The notes under the pieces: model-generated
What the model was told of the DNA's origin: nothing
The model's input: the letters and a program-made list of their open reading frames with translations, nothing else
Database searches by the model: none
Position numbers and translations under genes: made by a program
Shown: in pieces, positions 1-8,936 of the stretch
Numbering within the stretch: the stretch's first letter is position 1
How the letters are laid out: every line of letters starts with the position of its first letter
From: an uncultured virus (IMG/VR IMGVR_UViG_3300001477_000100)
Lineage: Duplodnaviria; Heunggongvirae; Uroviricota; Caudoviricetes
Length of the DNA stretch: 20,000 nucleotides
Direction: 5' to 3' (one strand)
Virus record (IMG/VR): IMGVR_UViG_3300001477_000100

Positions 1-54
1 TTAATAGGTGGAGTTTGTACTGGAGTTTATGTTTCCATTCAAAACAAAAAATGA
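1..54 (+). CDS. 3' end of an upstream gene (partial)
   Basis: Frame 1 reads LIGGVCTGVYVSIQNKK then TGA, which overlaps the ATG of the next gene (ATGA at 51-54). Confidence 0.55.
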   Translation, partial: LIGGVCTGVYVSIQNKK

Positions 55-440
55 CTATGGCAACAATTAAATCATATACTGATATAGAGCAAAGTCGTAA
101 GTTGGCAGAGATACTGCCACTTGAAAGTGCTGATGCAATATATGAATATTGTGGAGCAAAATTAGAAACGTCAAAATTAATAGAGAAACCAATTTACTGG
201 CTTGTAATAAAAGGTTTTGAGTCATGCTGTAGATTTTCAGCATCAAAAAAAGATATCCCTTGTTGGTCGCTTGCAAGTTTGCTTGGTGTATTACATTATT
301 ACACTCTGCAAACTAACACAGATGGAACTGTGTTTGTGGTTTGCGATAGCAAGAAACCTATGATTTCAGATGCATATGATAATCCTATTGATGCTTGTGT
401 AGCTATGATTGAGAAATTACACGAACTTAAAATGTTGTAA
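51..440 (+). CDS. hypothetical phage protein
   Basis: ORF track 15..440; the likely start is ATG 51 or 57 (MTMATIKSYTD...) given the overlap with the upstream stop. Confidence 0.85.
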   Translation: MTMATIKSYTDIEQSRKLAEILPLESADAIYEYCGAKLETSKLIEKPIYWLVIKGFESCCRFSASKKDIPCWSLASLLGVLHYYTLQTNTDGTVFVVCDSKKPMISDAYDNPIDACVAMIEKLHELKML

Positions 441-442
441 AT

Positions 443-586
443 ATGACAAAGAAACAACTTGTAGAACTATGGAATAGTTTGGATGATGATACAGAAATAG
501 AATTTCCTTATGCTTATAGTAAAGAAAACGGAAAAATTAAAAAGATTATTATAATTACAGATGCGGCTGATTGGAACACAATGTAA
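443..586 (+). CDS. small hypothetical protein (47 aa)
   Basis: Read by hand: MTKKQLVELWNSLDDDTEIEFPY...WNTM; starts 2 nt after the previous stop. Confidence 0.7.
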   Translation: MTKKQLVELWNSLDDDTEIEFPYAYSKENGKIKKIIIITDAADWNTM

Positions 587-615
587 TATTTAAAAGAACT
601 AATAAATAAGAAATC

Positions 616-846
616 ATGAAAGAAGAATCTTGGGTATGTGTTGATGGTCATGACGATGAGAGAATATTTCCTCGTAAACCTCATAGAGAGTTCCCAAATA
701 TGGACTTAGAGGTTATGTGGGGGCAAAGATGGACAACAGACCCTCTTGAAAAAGAATATCGAAAAGGAATACTCCTACCAAAAGGAACTATTAAATATCT
801 TACTGGCAAAGAAATGTCATATAGTGATGAGCCAATAAAATTGTGA
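616..846 (+). CDS. hypothetical protein (76 aa)
   Basis: ORF track; fits the tightly packed + strand gene run. Confidence 0.8.
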   Translation: MKEESWVCVDGHDDERIFPRKPHREFPNMDLEVMWGQRWTTDPLEKEYRKGILLPKGTIKYLTGKEMSYSDEPIKL

Positions 847-848
847 TT

Positions 849-935
849 ATGAAAGAAAAACTGAAATGCCTAAGATTGCCATTCCTTGCATGGTTTATTT
901 TAGTAATTATAATGTCGATTATTAAATGTAGTTGA
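849..935 (+). CDS. putative single-TM microprotein (28 aa)
   Basis: MKEKLKCLRLPFLAWFILVIIMSIIKCS; TGATTATG junction; hydrophobic stretch. Confidence 0.55.
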   Translation: MKEKLKCLRLPFLAWFILVIIMSIIKCS

Positions 936-937
936 AT

Positions 938-1072
938 ATGGAAGTAAAAGAAATAATTAGTTTTTTAGAAAAAGCCAAAGAGCATACTTATAGTTCTCAA
1001 GATAAATACCGTTTATCAATGGCAATAGATACACTTTGGCACATGAAAGAATGTGGTTGTTTTAATCATTAA
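938..1072 (+). CDS. small hypothetical protein (44 aa)
   Basis: MEVKEIISFLEKAKEHTY...CGCFNH; fills the gap; same first 7 codons as the next gene. Confidence 0.65.
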   Translation: MEVKEIISFLEKAKEHTYSSQDKYRLSMAIDTLWHMKECGCFNH

Positions 1073-1076
1073 TACT

Positions 1077-1484
1077 ATGGAAGTAAAAGAAATAATTAAT
1101 AAAATATCCTCAATAGAAAAAGAAATTTACAATTACGTTGTAAATACAGAACATTGGCTATTCTATTGGATTCCAAACAAAGAAGTACAAGATTTCATTA
1201 AAGAATATCCAGAAGATTATGAAGATAGAGTTCATCTACAAGTCAGAAATATTAGTTCTTCACCTTCTTTTATAATAAAATTCGATGAACACCCTAATGA
1301 TATTGAAAGTATTCAGAGATATGCTGTTCTTTATACATTTAGAGATTCCGTTAAAGCAAGTTGGATGGAGTGGAATGGTAAAATTAAAGAATTGCAGATA
1401 ATGAACAAAGAAAAGGAACTTGCATATTACAAACAGAAAGTTTCTGATGCTGAAAAAGAAATAAAAGAACTTACACGGTTGTGA
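1077..1484 (+). CDS. hypothetical protein with C-terminal coiled coil
   Basis: ORF track 1053..1484; ATG 1077 (MEVKEII) follows the upstream stop at 1072. Confidence 0.85.
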   Translation: MEVKEIINKISSIEKEIYNYVVNTEHWLFYWIPNKEVQDFIKEYPEDYEDRVHLQVRNISSSPSFIIKFDEHPNDIESIQRYAVLYTFRDSVKASWMEWNGKIKELQIMNKEKELAYYKQKVSDAEKEIKELTRL

Positions 1485-1486
1485 TT

Positions 1487-1627
1487 ATGGACTATAAAAA
1501 GAAATATGAAAAGGCAAATAATGTATTAACAAAAATACAAAAAATGATAGATGACCACGAACTTGATGCTACTGAATTTTGTGGGGAAGTTTGTCATTTA
1601 CTTCGTGAATACAATAATAATAAATAA
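1487..1627 (+). CDS. small hypothetical protein (46 aa)
   Basis: MDYKKKYEKANNVL...YNNNK; tight junctions on both sides. Confidence 0.7.
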   Translation: MDYKKKYEKANNVLTKIQKMIDDHELDATEFCGEVCHLLREYNNNK

Positions 1628-1629
1628 CT

Positions 1630-2649
1630 ATGAAAGAATTATCAATAGAGCAAAAAGCCAAGAGATATGACGAGGCTATTGCACATGCAAAAAATTTATT
1701 AAAAACTATTGGCAATGCAACACTTGGCAATCTTGTTTTGAAAAATGAGTTTAAAAATATGTTCCCAGCTCTTGAAGAGGACGAGGATGAGGAGATAAGG
1801 GAATGGATAAAGAAAGAGTTGGTATCTAAACATGTTGTTGATAATATTGTTAATGATGTGATGGCAGATAAAGCTCTTGCTTGGCTTGAAAAGCGAGTTC
1901 CTATTGATGAAGAAAAAATTCTGATAGGTGCAAGAAAAGATGAGGATGAGAGGATAAGGAAAAACTGTATTCATTTTCTTGAACTTCAAAAACAGCATCA
2001 CGCTGCAACATTTGAAATAGAAGAATGTATTGATTGGCTTGAAAAGAAAGGTGAGCAGAAACCTGCTGATAAAATTCAGCTTGGCAAAAAATATAAGTGT
2101 ATTGCTTCACCAAGATACTCTGCGTTTGTGAAAGGTGAAATATACAAACCAGAAGATAAATTTCTTTGTAGCCTGATGAACTTCTGCTATGATTGTTTTG
2201 AGCCAATAGAAGATGGTGAGAAGAAGTCTGCTGATAAAGCTGAGTCCAATCTTTTAACCGTTGAACGAGCAAAGGAAATGTCACCTTTTATGAGGAGTGG
2301 TTTTGAAAACGAGTATGCTGCTTGGAGTGAAGAGGATGAAGAAATTGCAAGAGCCCTTAATGATTACGTCAAAAACTTGGACATCCTTTTCTCCAAAATA
2401 AATATTGGCGGTAAAGATGTATTATCAAAAGAGTTTCGTGAGAAAGTACAAGATTGGCTCAAATCCATAAAAGACAGAGTACAACCACAACCAAAGCAAG
2501 AGTGGAGTGAAGAGGATGAGAACAGAATGAATAATTTATGTCATTTCTTAGAAGAATATGGAAATCAGTATTACGGACATCTAACATTGCAAGGCACAAT
2601 TTCTTGGTTTAAATCCCTCAAAGACAGAGTACAGCCTAAAGTTGAGTAA
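1630..2649 (+). CDS. modular phage protein (KAKxYDE / DEDExIR / WLEK / WSEEDE / KSLKDRVQP boxes), C-terminally truncated
   Basis: 339-aa ORF with internal repeated boxes shared with 4152..5924 and 10027..10479. Confidence 0.85.
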   Translation: MKELSIEQKAKRYDEAIAHAKNLLKTIGNATLGNLVLKNEFKNMFPALEEDEDEEIREWIKKELVSKHVVDNIVNDVMADKALAWLEKRVPIDEEKILIGARKDEDERIRKNCIHFLELQKQHHAATFEIEECIDWLEKKGEQKPADKIQLGKKYKCIASPRYSAFVKGEIYKPEDKFLCSLMNFCYDCFEPIEDGEKKSADKAESNLLTVERAKEMSPFMRSGFENEYAAWSEEDEEIARALNDYVKNLDILFSKINIGGKDVLSKEFREKVQDWLKSIKDRVQPQPKQEWSEEDENRMNNLCHFLEEYGNQYYGHLTLQGTISWFKSLKDRVQPKVE

Positions 2650-2770
2650 AGGATAATTAGAATGTCTTGGTTATGCAATAGAAAAGTCAGAAAAAGACTA
2701 GTCTCCACTAATAAACAATAGGATTTATCTCACATTAAAAGCATTGAAAGAACAACTAGAGAAGTTATGA
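2645..2770 (+). pseudogene. frameshifted, stop-interrupted C-terminal module of the 1630 gene
   Basis: The +1 frame reads SKG*LECLGYAIEKSEKD*SPLINNRIYLTLKALKEQLEKL*, resembling the end of the 4152 protein (...AQLTQLGAAV...LRELYEQLKQL*). Its TGA overlaps the ATG at 2767. Confidence 0.7.
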
Positions 2771-3000
2771 AAAAGATTATTTTGTTAGCACTTACCGCCT
2801 TGATGATGGTGGGGTGTGATAATAACGGTACTCCACTTGGATATTCTTATTTAGAACTTGATTCTTGTGAGTACATTGCGGGTATAAACCAATTAGCCCA
2901 CAAGGGCCGCTGCCGATTCTGCGAGGTTCGTGATTCCATTAAATGGGAAAAGCGTAAAAAGGAATTGGAAGAGTTGGTTGAACAATTAAAGGAGAAATAA
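2767..3000 (+). CDS. putative lipoprotein (77 aa)
   Basis: N-terminus MKKIILLALTALMMVG-C fits a signal peptide II/lipobox; C-terminal HKGRCRFC motif and coiled tail. Confidence 0.8.
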   Translation: MKKIILLALTALMMVGCDNNGTPLGYSYLELDSCEYIAGINQLAHKGRCRFCEVRDSIKWEKRKKELEELVEQLKEK

Positions 3001-3119
3001 TATGAAGTCAAAAAAAGACATATGGACATTCAAAAATACTGTAGTGAAAGGCGTGAGTTTCTAAAAACTGAACGTCTTAGGATGGAAGCTCCACTATTTA
3101 AACGTATTTAATTTGGTTT

Positions 3120-3470
3120 ATGATAACTATGGAACAAGAAGAAAATAAAAATTTATTGTTTAAAGACCTATCTGCAAGGTTGCCTTATGGAGTAAAAATT
3201 AATGTAGATGGAGAAGAGGATACTTTGCTCGAATTGGGAGTTGATACTGGCTGGGTAAATGCTTCTTATGATATTGAAGAAGTCCGTCCATATCTCCGTC
3301 CAATGTCTTCTATGACTGAGGAAGAAGATGAAGAATATGAGTCTATAAAATGTTGGAAAAATGAATGGGAGTTAGTCGATTGGCTCAATGCCCATCATTT
3401 TGATTTTCGCAATTTCATTGAGAAAGGGCTCGCCCTTGAAGCACCAGAAGGAATGTATAATATAAAGTAG
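3120..3470 (+). CDS. hypothetical protein, ARLPYGV...PYLRPMSSMTEEE...GLALEAPEGMY family, paralog 1
   Basis: Three conserved blocks shared with the 6042 and 6446 genes; start may be ATG 3129. Confidence 0.9.
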   Translation: MITMEQEENKNLLFKDLSARLPYGVKINVDGEEDTLLELGVDTGWVNASYDIEEVRPYLRPMSSMTEEEDEEYESIKCWKNEWELVDWLNAHHFDFRNFIEKGLALEAPEGMYNIK

Positions 3471-3478
3471 AAATAGCT

Positions 3479-3601
3479 ATGGGAGGTTTAGTATTAGTTA
3501 TTCTAGGTCTAATCATAACCGTAACTTTGGGGTTATGGATGATGTATCTCGATAGATTTTTTGAAAAAGAACACACACCAAATGACTGGTATGAAATTTA
3601 A
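3479..3601 (+). CDS. putative single-TM microprotein (40 aa)
   Basis: MGGLVLVILGLIITVTLGLWMMYLDRFFEKEHTPNDWYEI. Confidence 0.7.
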   Translation: MGGLVLVILGLIITVTLGLWMMYLDRFFEKEHTPNDWYEI

Positions 3602-3612
3602 CTTAAATAACT

Positions 3613-3966
3613 ATGGTAACGATTAAGAAAGAAGAATGCCCAATAAAAGATAATGGATTTGAATATGGGGGCAATCATTATGATTGTCAATTAGCAATTG
3701 AGCGTGACATAAAAATGATTCTGCAAGAAGCCGAAACATTCCATGAAGATACTTTTGACAGGCTTTATGATAGAAACACATTAAGACCCGATAAAATTCA
3801 TTTATTTGTAGATGAAGATAATGTTCCTATTTACGGAATGATTATATATCTTATAGATTACAAAGAGGAATATAATAGTAGGTATGCTTGTGGTGGATAC
3901 TATAGATTTGAATTTGATAATTCAACGCTTTTACCACATCCGTATCAAGAAAGTATCTGTTGGTAA
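3613..3966 (+). CDS. hypothetical protein (117 aa)
   Basis: ORF track; ATG preceded by a TAACT leader like its neighbours. Confidence 0.85.
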   Translation: MVTIKKEECPIKDNGFEYGGNHYDCQLAIERDIKMILQEAETFHEDTFDRLYDRNTLRPDKIHLFVDEDNVPIYGMIIYLIDYKEEYNSRYACGGYYRFEFDNSTLLPHPYQESICW

Positions 3967-3998
3967 TAAAAAGCAAGAACAATAAATATACTGTGATT

Positions 3999-4148
3999 AT
4001 GGGATATTTTGTATGTCAACATTGTGGTGCTCATTTGCACAATAGCAAAGTAGAAGATTTAAATCAATGGGAAGACGAAGAATCTATTGGATGGTCTTAT
4101 GTTTGCCCAAGGTGTAAGGAAGAAAATTATAAAGAAATAAAGTTTTGA
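3999..4148 (+). CDS. small zinc-ribbon protein
   Basis: CQHC...CPRC pair; ATG 3999 in TGATTATG context is preferred to the TTG at 3960. Confidence 0.8.
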   Translation: MGYFVCQHCGAHLHNSKVEDLNQWEDEESIGWSYVCPRCKEENYKEIKF

Positions 4149-4151
4149 ATT

Positions 4152-5924
4152 ATGACTACAGAAGAAAAAGCCAAAGCCTATGACGAGGATGAGAGGATGA
4201 GAAAAATTATATCTGATATTTTACTTACAGATAGTGATGAAATAAGAGAAATTCTTGACGCTAATAATGTTTTAATGCAAGATATTGATACTTGGCTTGA
4301 AAAGCAAGGTGAGAAGAATCTTGCTACAGATTTCTCCGACCTCAGAACTTGGAAATACATTGTTGACGCAGTTTGGACTGAAAAAGAAGGCATGGGACAG
4401 TATATTGATAGTCCATTTACAGAAGAAATTGCTAAGAAGTTACAGAAAAGATTTGGTAATATTGAGCAGAAGTCTGTTGAGAAGGTTGAACCGAAGTTTC
4501 ACGAAGGTGAGTGGGTTGTTAATAGATTTGGTGATGCTTGGCATATAGATAGTTTTGACGGTAAGAACTATCAAGCATCTAATTTTGTCATTAAATATAA
4601 GCATTGCTATTTTCCAATCGAAAAACAGAATGAAATGCATCTTTGGACTGTTGAAGATGCAAGGGCAGGCGATGTGCTTGTAGATGAAGATAATAACATA
4701 GGTATCCATAAAGAAATAGAAGGTCTTTATTGGAATTCTTATATCTATCTTGGATGTGATGGCAAACTTCGAGGTTTTAGTATTGGTGGTAGCCATAAAC
4801 AAGCTAATACTCGTCCAGCCACCAAAGAACAGCGTGATACTCTGATGGAAGCAATGGCTGATGCAGGTTACACCTTTGATTTCGAGAAGAAAGAGTTGAA
4901 GAAGGTTGAACCAAAATTCCATAAAGGTGAATGGATTGTGTTAGAAAAAAAACCATGTCAAATTATAAGCATAGACGATAAAGGGAATTATATAGTACAG
5001 TATTGTGATGATGAAAAGACGCATGAACTATCAAAGAAATTTTGTGAGTCCTATTTTCATCTTTGGACCATCCAAGATGCGAAGGATGGTGATATACTTA
5101 GCACAGAAAAAGGTAGACCGTTTATTTTCAGAGGACTGACAGATAAAGATAACCCAGACAGTCCAGTTGCATATTGTGGCATTGATAGTATTGACGATTT
5201 TTATGATTGTAGTAAGTATAATGATAGTGGGTGGACATATGAAAAAGTCTTTCCTGCTACAATAGAACAGCATGGTCTCTTGTTTCAAAAGATGAAAGAA
5301 GCTGGATATGAGTGGGACGCTGAAAAGAAAGAGTTGAAGAAGATTGAGCAGAAATCTGCTTGGAGTGAAGAGGATGAAAAGATGATATGGGCAATTCCTT
5401 TAATAATTAAAAGTTATCCTAATCAAGAAATGTTTTATGGATATAGTAAAGAAAAACTTATATCTTGGTTCAAATCCCTTAAAGACAGAGTACAACCAAA
5501 ACAAGAGTGGGTTGAAGAGGATAAGAAAATGATAAATAAAATTTGCCAGAATTTATATGATTATCCTCGTATTAAATCTCCATTTGATGATGAATCATTC
5601 AATGAAGCACAAAAAGAAGTACAATTTATTAAATCACTCCGACCTCAGAACAATATTACTGATGAAGAGCTTGCTCAAGCAAAGAAAGATGCTTATAATG
5701 ATGCCCTTGATAAAATTGAATATCATAGTGGTGAGCCTACATTTGATGATGGCTGGCATGCTGCAATTGATTGTATTCTAAAGAATTCCATCATACCTCA
5801 TACCACTTGGAAGCCAACTGAAGCGCAACTCACACAACTTGGGGCAGCAGTTTCAAAAGGTAGAGCTGGATATTTTAATAATGATGTACTTAGAGAACTC
5901 TATGAACAACTTAAACAACTTTGA
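4152..5924 (+). CDS. large modular phage protein with a tandem duplicated ~140-aa domain
   Basis: 590 aa; two copies of EPKFHxGEW...HLWTxxDAxxGD...PATxEQ...AGYxxDxEKKELKK (starting about 4482 and 4902), plus WSEEDE/KSLKDRVQP boxes. Confidence 0.9.
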   Translation: MTTEEKAKAYDEDERMRKIISDILLTDSDEIREILDANNVLMQDIDTWLEKQGEKNLATDFSDLRTWKYIVDAVWTEKEGMGQYIDSPFTEEIAKKLQKRFGNIEQKSVEKVEPKFHEGEWVVNRFGDAWHIDSFDGKNYQASNFVIKYKHCYFPIEKQNEMHLWTVEDARAGDVLVDEDNNIGIHKEIEGLYWNSYIYLGCDGKLRGFSIGGSHKQANTRPATKEQRDTLMEAMADAGYTFDFEKKELKKVEPKFHKGEWIVLEKKPCQIISIDDKGNYIVQYCDDEKTHELSKKFCESYFHLWTIQDAKDGDILSTEKGRPFIFRGLTDKDNPDSPVAYCGIDSIDDFYDCSKYNDSGWTYEKVFPATIEQHGLLFQKMKEAGYEWDAEKKELKKIEQKSAWSEEDEKMIWAIPLIIKSYPNQEMFYGYSKEKLISWFKSLKDRVQPKQEWVEEDKKMINKICQNLYDYPRIKSPFDDESFNEAQKEVQFIKSLRPQNNITDEELAQAKKDAYNDALDKIEYHSGEPTFDDGWHAAIDCILKNSIIPHTTWKPTEAQLTQLGAAVSKGRAGYFNNDVLRELYEQLKQL

Positions 5925-5927
5925 ATT

Positions 5928-6038
5928 ATGCCTATAGCAAGATGTGGAATAGAATTCTCTTGGGATTGCCTAATTGATTGTAAAAGCGACAACCCAAAAT
6001 GTATTGGTTGTCCTATTAGAAAGAAATCTAAAGATTGA
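5928..6038 (+). CDS. Cys-rich microprotein (36 aa)
   Basis: MPIARCGIEFSWDCLIDCKSDNPKCIGCPIRKKSKD; TGAATTATG junction on both sides. Confidence 0.65.
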   Translation: MPIARCGIEFSWDCLIDCKSDNPKCIGCPIRKKSKD

Positions 6039-6041
6039 ATT

Positions 6042-6437
6042 ATGACACAAAAAGATAAAGAATTACTATTAAAAGACCTTTGTGCAAGGATTCCTTATGG
6101 TGTTAAAGTGTGCGCTGGAGAAGATTTAGCTATGACGCTTAAGCAAATAGATTATAAATGTTTTTGCGAATCTTGGGAAAATGAAGATTTTAAATGTCAT
6201 TCAAGGTGGATGTTCCCATACCTCCGTCCAATGTCAAGTATGACTGAGGAAGAAAAAGAAGAATATATTAATATTAAACAAGGAGAATGCAATGGCTGTG
6301 TTCTTACAGGAAAAGGTGACCCGAATACAGAATTTTTATTAGTAGATTTTTTCAATGCTCATCATTTTGATTACCGTGGTCTAATTGAGAAGGGTCTTGC
6401 ACTTGAAGCACCTGAAGGAATGTATAATATAAAATAA
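6042..6437 (+). CDS. ARLPYGV/PYLRPMSSM family, paralog 2
   Basis: Conserved blocks as in the 3120 gene. Confidence 0.9.
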   Translation: MTQKDKELLLKDLCARIPYGVKVCAGEDLAMTLKQIDYKCFCESWENEDFKCHSRWMFPYLRPMSSMTEEEKEEYINIKQGECNGCVLTGKGDPNTEFLLVDFFNAHHFDYRGLIEKGLALEAPEGMYNIK

Positions 6438-6445
6438 GTAAAACT

Positions 6446-6862
6446 ATGACACAAGAAGAGAAAGAACTATTACTTAAAGAGCTTTGTGCAAGATTGCCTT
6501 ATGGAGTAATATGTCAATTCATTTGGTCTTATAGTAATGAAACTACGGATGAAGAAGTTGTAACTGATAAAGATGATGATAACATAAAATGTATTAACAT
6601 TCATACCAAAGAGATTCAAGCTGATTACTATGATGAATGGGTTGATTTAGAACACTGTAAACCATACCTTCGTCCAATGTCAAGTATGACTGAGGAAGAG
6701 AAACGTACATACACTTCGCTAAGAGCACATGCCGCTCCTTTTACTATTGTCAATTGGCTTGACGAAAACCATTTTGACCATAGAACAAATATGGAAGGAG
6801 AATATCTGATAGAATTGGGTCTTGCTATTGAAGCACCAGAAGGAATGTATGATAACCATTAA
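6446..6862 (+). CDS. ARLPYGV/PYLRPMSSM family, paralog 3
   Basis: Conserved blocks as in the 3120 gene. Confidence 0.9.
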   Translation: MTQEEKELLLKELCARLPYGVICQFIWSYSNETTDEEVVTDKDDDNIKCINIHTKEIQADYYDEWVDLEHCKPYLRPMSSMTEEEKRTYTSLRAHAAPFTIVNWLDENHFDHRTNMEGEYLIELGLAIEAPEGMYDNH

Positions 6863-6998
6863 ATACCGTAAGGATTCAGATTATATTAAATACCAAAAGT
6901 AGCATGAATAAAATATAAAAAATATCATGGTTGACTTTGCGTAGATTGGAATTATGTTTTAAAAAATGAGGTTGAACAATAATATTAAATAAAACATT

Positions 6999-8069
6999 AT
7001 GACAATTACAGATTTTTTCTTAAAACAAACGACAAAAGAAATCAAAAATAAATTCAAGGAAATTAATCTTGATAAGTATTATGACTTTCCAGAAAATATT
7101 AAGGAACTATGCAAAACTTTTAGACTTGAAAATGATAAATTCTGTGACAACTGCTATACAATTAAAAGACATAGCACAGCAGAAGTCTATATGTACTTTA
7201 ATCTACCAAATCCACTTGATGAAAAACACCCAATGTATTTCAAGGTGGAATATTATGTTACATCCGCAAAAGGAGGATGCTCAATCTCATTGGGATTAGA
7301 AAACCATATTGAACTATTTGAAAAGGTTTCAACAATCTTTGACAATAGAATAGAATATAATAATATCGAATTCAGACTTTGGAAACAAAACCTTCCAGAA
7401 ATCTTCGATGAAAAAAAAGATGAGTGGGATGATAACAAGAAATACTATTGCCTTAAAAAAGGATTAACCCCTTGGGATTACTACCAAGCACTGTGCAAAC
7501 ACGCAGAAGAGGTTAAATCACTAATAGACATGTTCGTTACAGCCGCTGAAAACGGAGAATTCGAAAGAACATGGAATGAACTCAAGCCACACGATAAATG
7601 GGAAAGAGGGCACGAAACATTCCATGCAATGTACTTCCCTCCAGTAATGTATGCCTACTATAGAGCAGTAAAAGCTGGAGCAACACCAAACCTCAAAGAC
7701 TTTGTAATACTTTTATCGTACTCAGATAAACTTGGGAAAAATAAAATGCCTGATGCTGAAAAGATACAAGAAGCATTCGATAAAATATTAGGATATAATA
7801 CAACTGATGATGAGGTAATGCAAGGCTTTAACTACGTCATTAACCACTTTAAAGAAAAACACCTTATTGACGATAGTCTTAATAAATGGTGCGAACTATA
7901 CGTTGAGGCAAATAAAGAACTCTTGAAGGAAGTAAATAGCATAAAACAAAAACTCTCAAAGAAATATAATATCAATGAGAATTGGTTAAGATGCGTCTGC
8001 CTATACAGAAACGAAAAAGATGTTAAATGGGATAGTGACTATATACCAGATAACGCTTACGCAAAATGA
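6999..8069 (+). CDS. hypothetical protein (356 aa)
   Basis: Long ORF, no motif recognised; appears to use more C-ending codons than its neighbours. Confidence 0.9.
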   Translation: MTITDFFLKQTTKEIKNKFKEINLDKYYDFPENIKELCKTFRLENDKFCDNCYTIKRHSTAEVYMYFNLPNPLDEKHPMYFKVEYYVTSAKGGCSISLGLENHIELFEKVSTIFDNRIEYNNIEFRLWKQNLPEIFDEKKDEWDDNKKYYCLKKGLTPWDYYQALCKHAEEVKSLIDMFVTAAENGEFERTWNELKPHDKWERGHETFHAMYFPPVMYAYYRAVKAGATPNLKDFVILLSYSDKLGKNKMPDAEKIQEAFDKILGYNTTDDEVMQGFNYVINHFKEKHLIDDSLNKWCELYVEANKELLKEVNSIKQKLSKKYNINENWLRCVCLYRNEKDVKWDSDYIPDNAYAK

Positions 8070-8149
8070 CATACATGTGGTTCACAGCAACAATACTAGA
8101 ACTTGTTACTTTCGTGATTTTCTTAATAAAGTGGTATCAGCTTAGATGA
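8066..8149 (+). CDS. putative single-TM microprotein (27 aa)
   Basis: MTYMWFTATILELVTFVIFLIKWYQLR; ATGA overlap with the upstream stop. Confidence 0.55.
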   Translation: MTYMWFTATILELVTFVIFLIKWYQLR

Positions 8150-8169
8150 ATGTATAAAATCGATTGATT

Positions 8170-8223
8170 ATGATAGAAGAAACATACGTTAGTTTTGAAA
8201 CCGCAAAACTGTTGAAAATTTAA
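8170..8223 (+). pseudogene. N-terminal gene fragment (MIEETYVSFETAKLLKI*)
   Basis: Starts in TGATTATG context. Resembles a YVSFETAKLLKE N-terminus I recall from Bacteroidales phage hypotheticals (unverified); stops after 17 codons. Confidence 0.4.
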
Positions 8224-8226
8224 TAT

Positions 8227-8427
8227 ATGATAGTTAAAGAATATAAAGATAAAAACATTAGAAAAATTTACTCAAAAAATGATTTGAATATTTTCGAAAA
8301 ATGTCCATTTAGCAAGTGGCATCCAGATTTAAGGAGCTATAACTGTCTTATATGTAATAAAAGAATTAGAATAGATTTTATTGAAGATAATAAAATATGT
8401 GTACTTACTTGTAAAATTCACGATTAG
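8227..8427 (+). CDS. small Cys-containing hypothetical protein
   Basis: ORF track; CPF...CLIC...C motif. Confidence 0.65.
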   Translation: MIVKEYKDKNIRKIYSKNDLNIFEKCPFSKWHPDLRSYNCLICNKRIRIDFIEDNKICVLTCKIHD

Positions 8428-8480
8428 AAAGTTGAAGCATCATTAGAATATTCACTTAAAAACTTGATTTAAATGGAATC

Positions 8481-8621
8481 TTGTATTATGTAATCCTTAG
8501 TCCAAAAAAAGGTCATGTCTATGACAATGGGTTGGTATTGTGTGAGGGTTGCAATAAAGTATTAGTTAAGAAAGGAGTAAAATACTGTAGCAAATGCAGA
8601 AGAATTTACCGACAAAAATAA
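8481..8621 (+). CDS. possible small zinc-finger protein or remnant (start uncertain)
   Basis: Frame reads ...LCEGCNKVLVKKGVKYCSKCRRIYRQK*; only a TTG start is available. Confidence 0.4.
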   Translation: MYYVILSPKKGHVYDNGLVLCEGCNKVLVKKGVKYCSKCRRIYRQK

Positions 8622-8634
8622 AATTGATTTGATT

Positions 8635-8892
8635 ATGGAAGCACCAGAGAAGATTTATATCCACCCTGATATAGGTGGTAGAGAGTTTTTGCGTCCTTGG
8701 TTACATAGACCAGCAAGCAATGAGAGTGTTGAGTATGTACGCACCGATGTCTTTATTAAGAGGGCTTGTGAATTTCTTGATGGATGCATTCCTGATTATA
8801 TAGATTTGGAACACGCTAATGTTGATACATTTATGAATGTTGATAACAAAAGATTTATTGAGGATTTCAAAAAGTATGTGAAAGGAGAATAA
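8635..8892 (+). CDS. hypothetical phage protein (MEAPEKIY...VEYVRTD...FIEDFKK)
   Basis: ORF track 8629..8892; ATG 8635 in TGATTATG context. Confidence 0.85.
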   Translation: MEAPEKIYIHPDIGGREFLRPWLHRPASNESVEYVRTDVFIKRACEFLDGCIPDYIDLEHANVDTFMNVDNKRFIEDFKKYVKGE

Positions 8893-8936
8893 TGTATCAG
8901 TTGACTGAATTTAAAAAACTTAATAAAAGGCGATAA

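Noticed and set aside
3002..3111. Two overlapping tiny ORFs (20 and 29 aa)
   Set aside because: Cannot choose between frames; probably a decayed remnant with no supporting motif.
3601..3610. ACTTAAATAA partial match to the 16-bp repeat (also an inverted partial TGTCTTATTTAA near 18636)
   Set aside because: Only about 10 AT-rich bases match and the GTACA end is absent or broken; expected by chance in AT-rich leaders.
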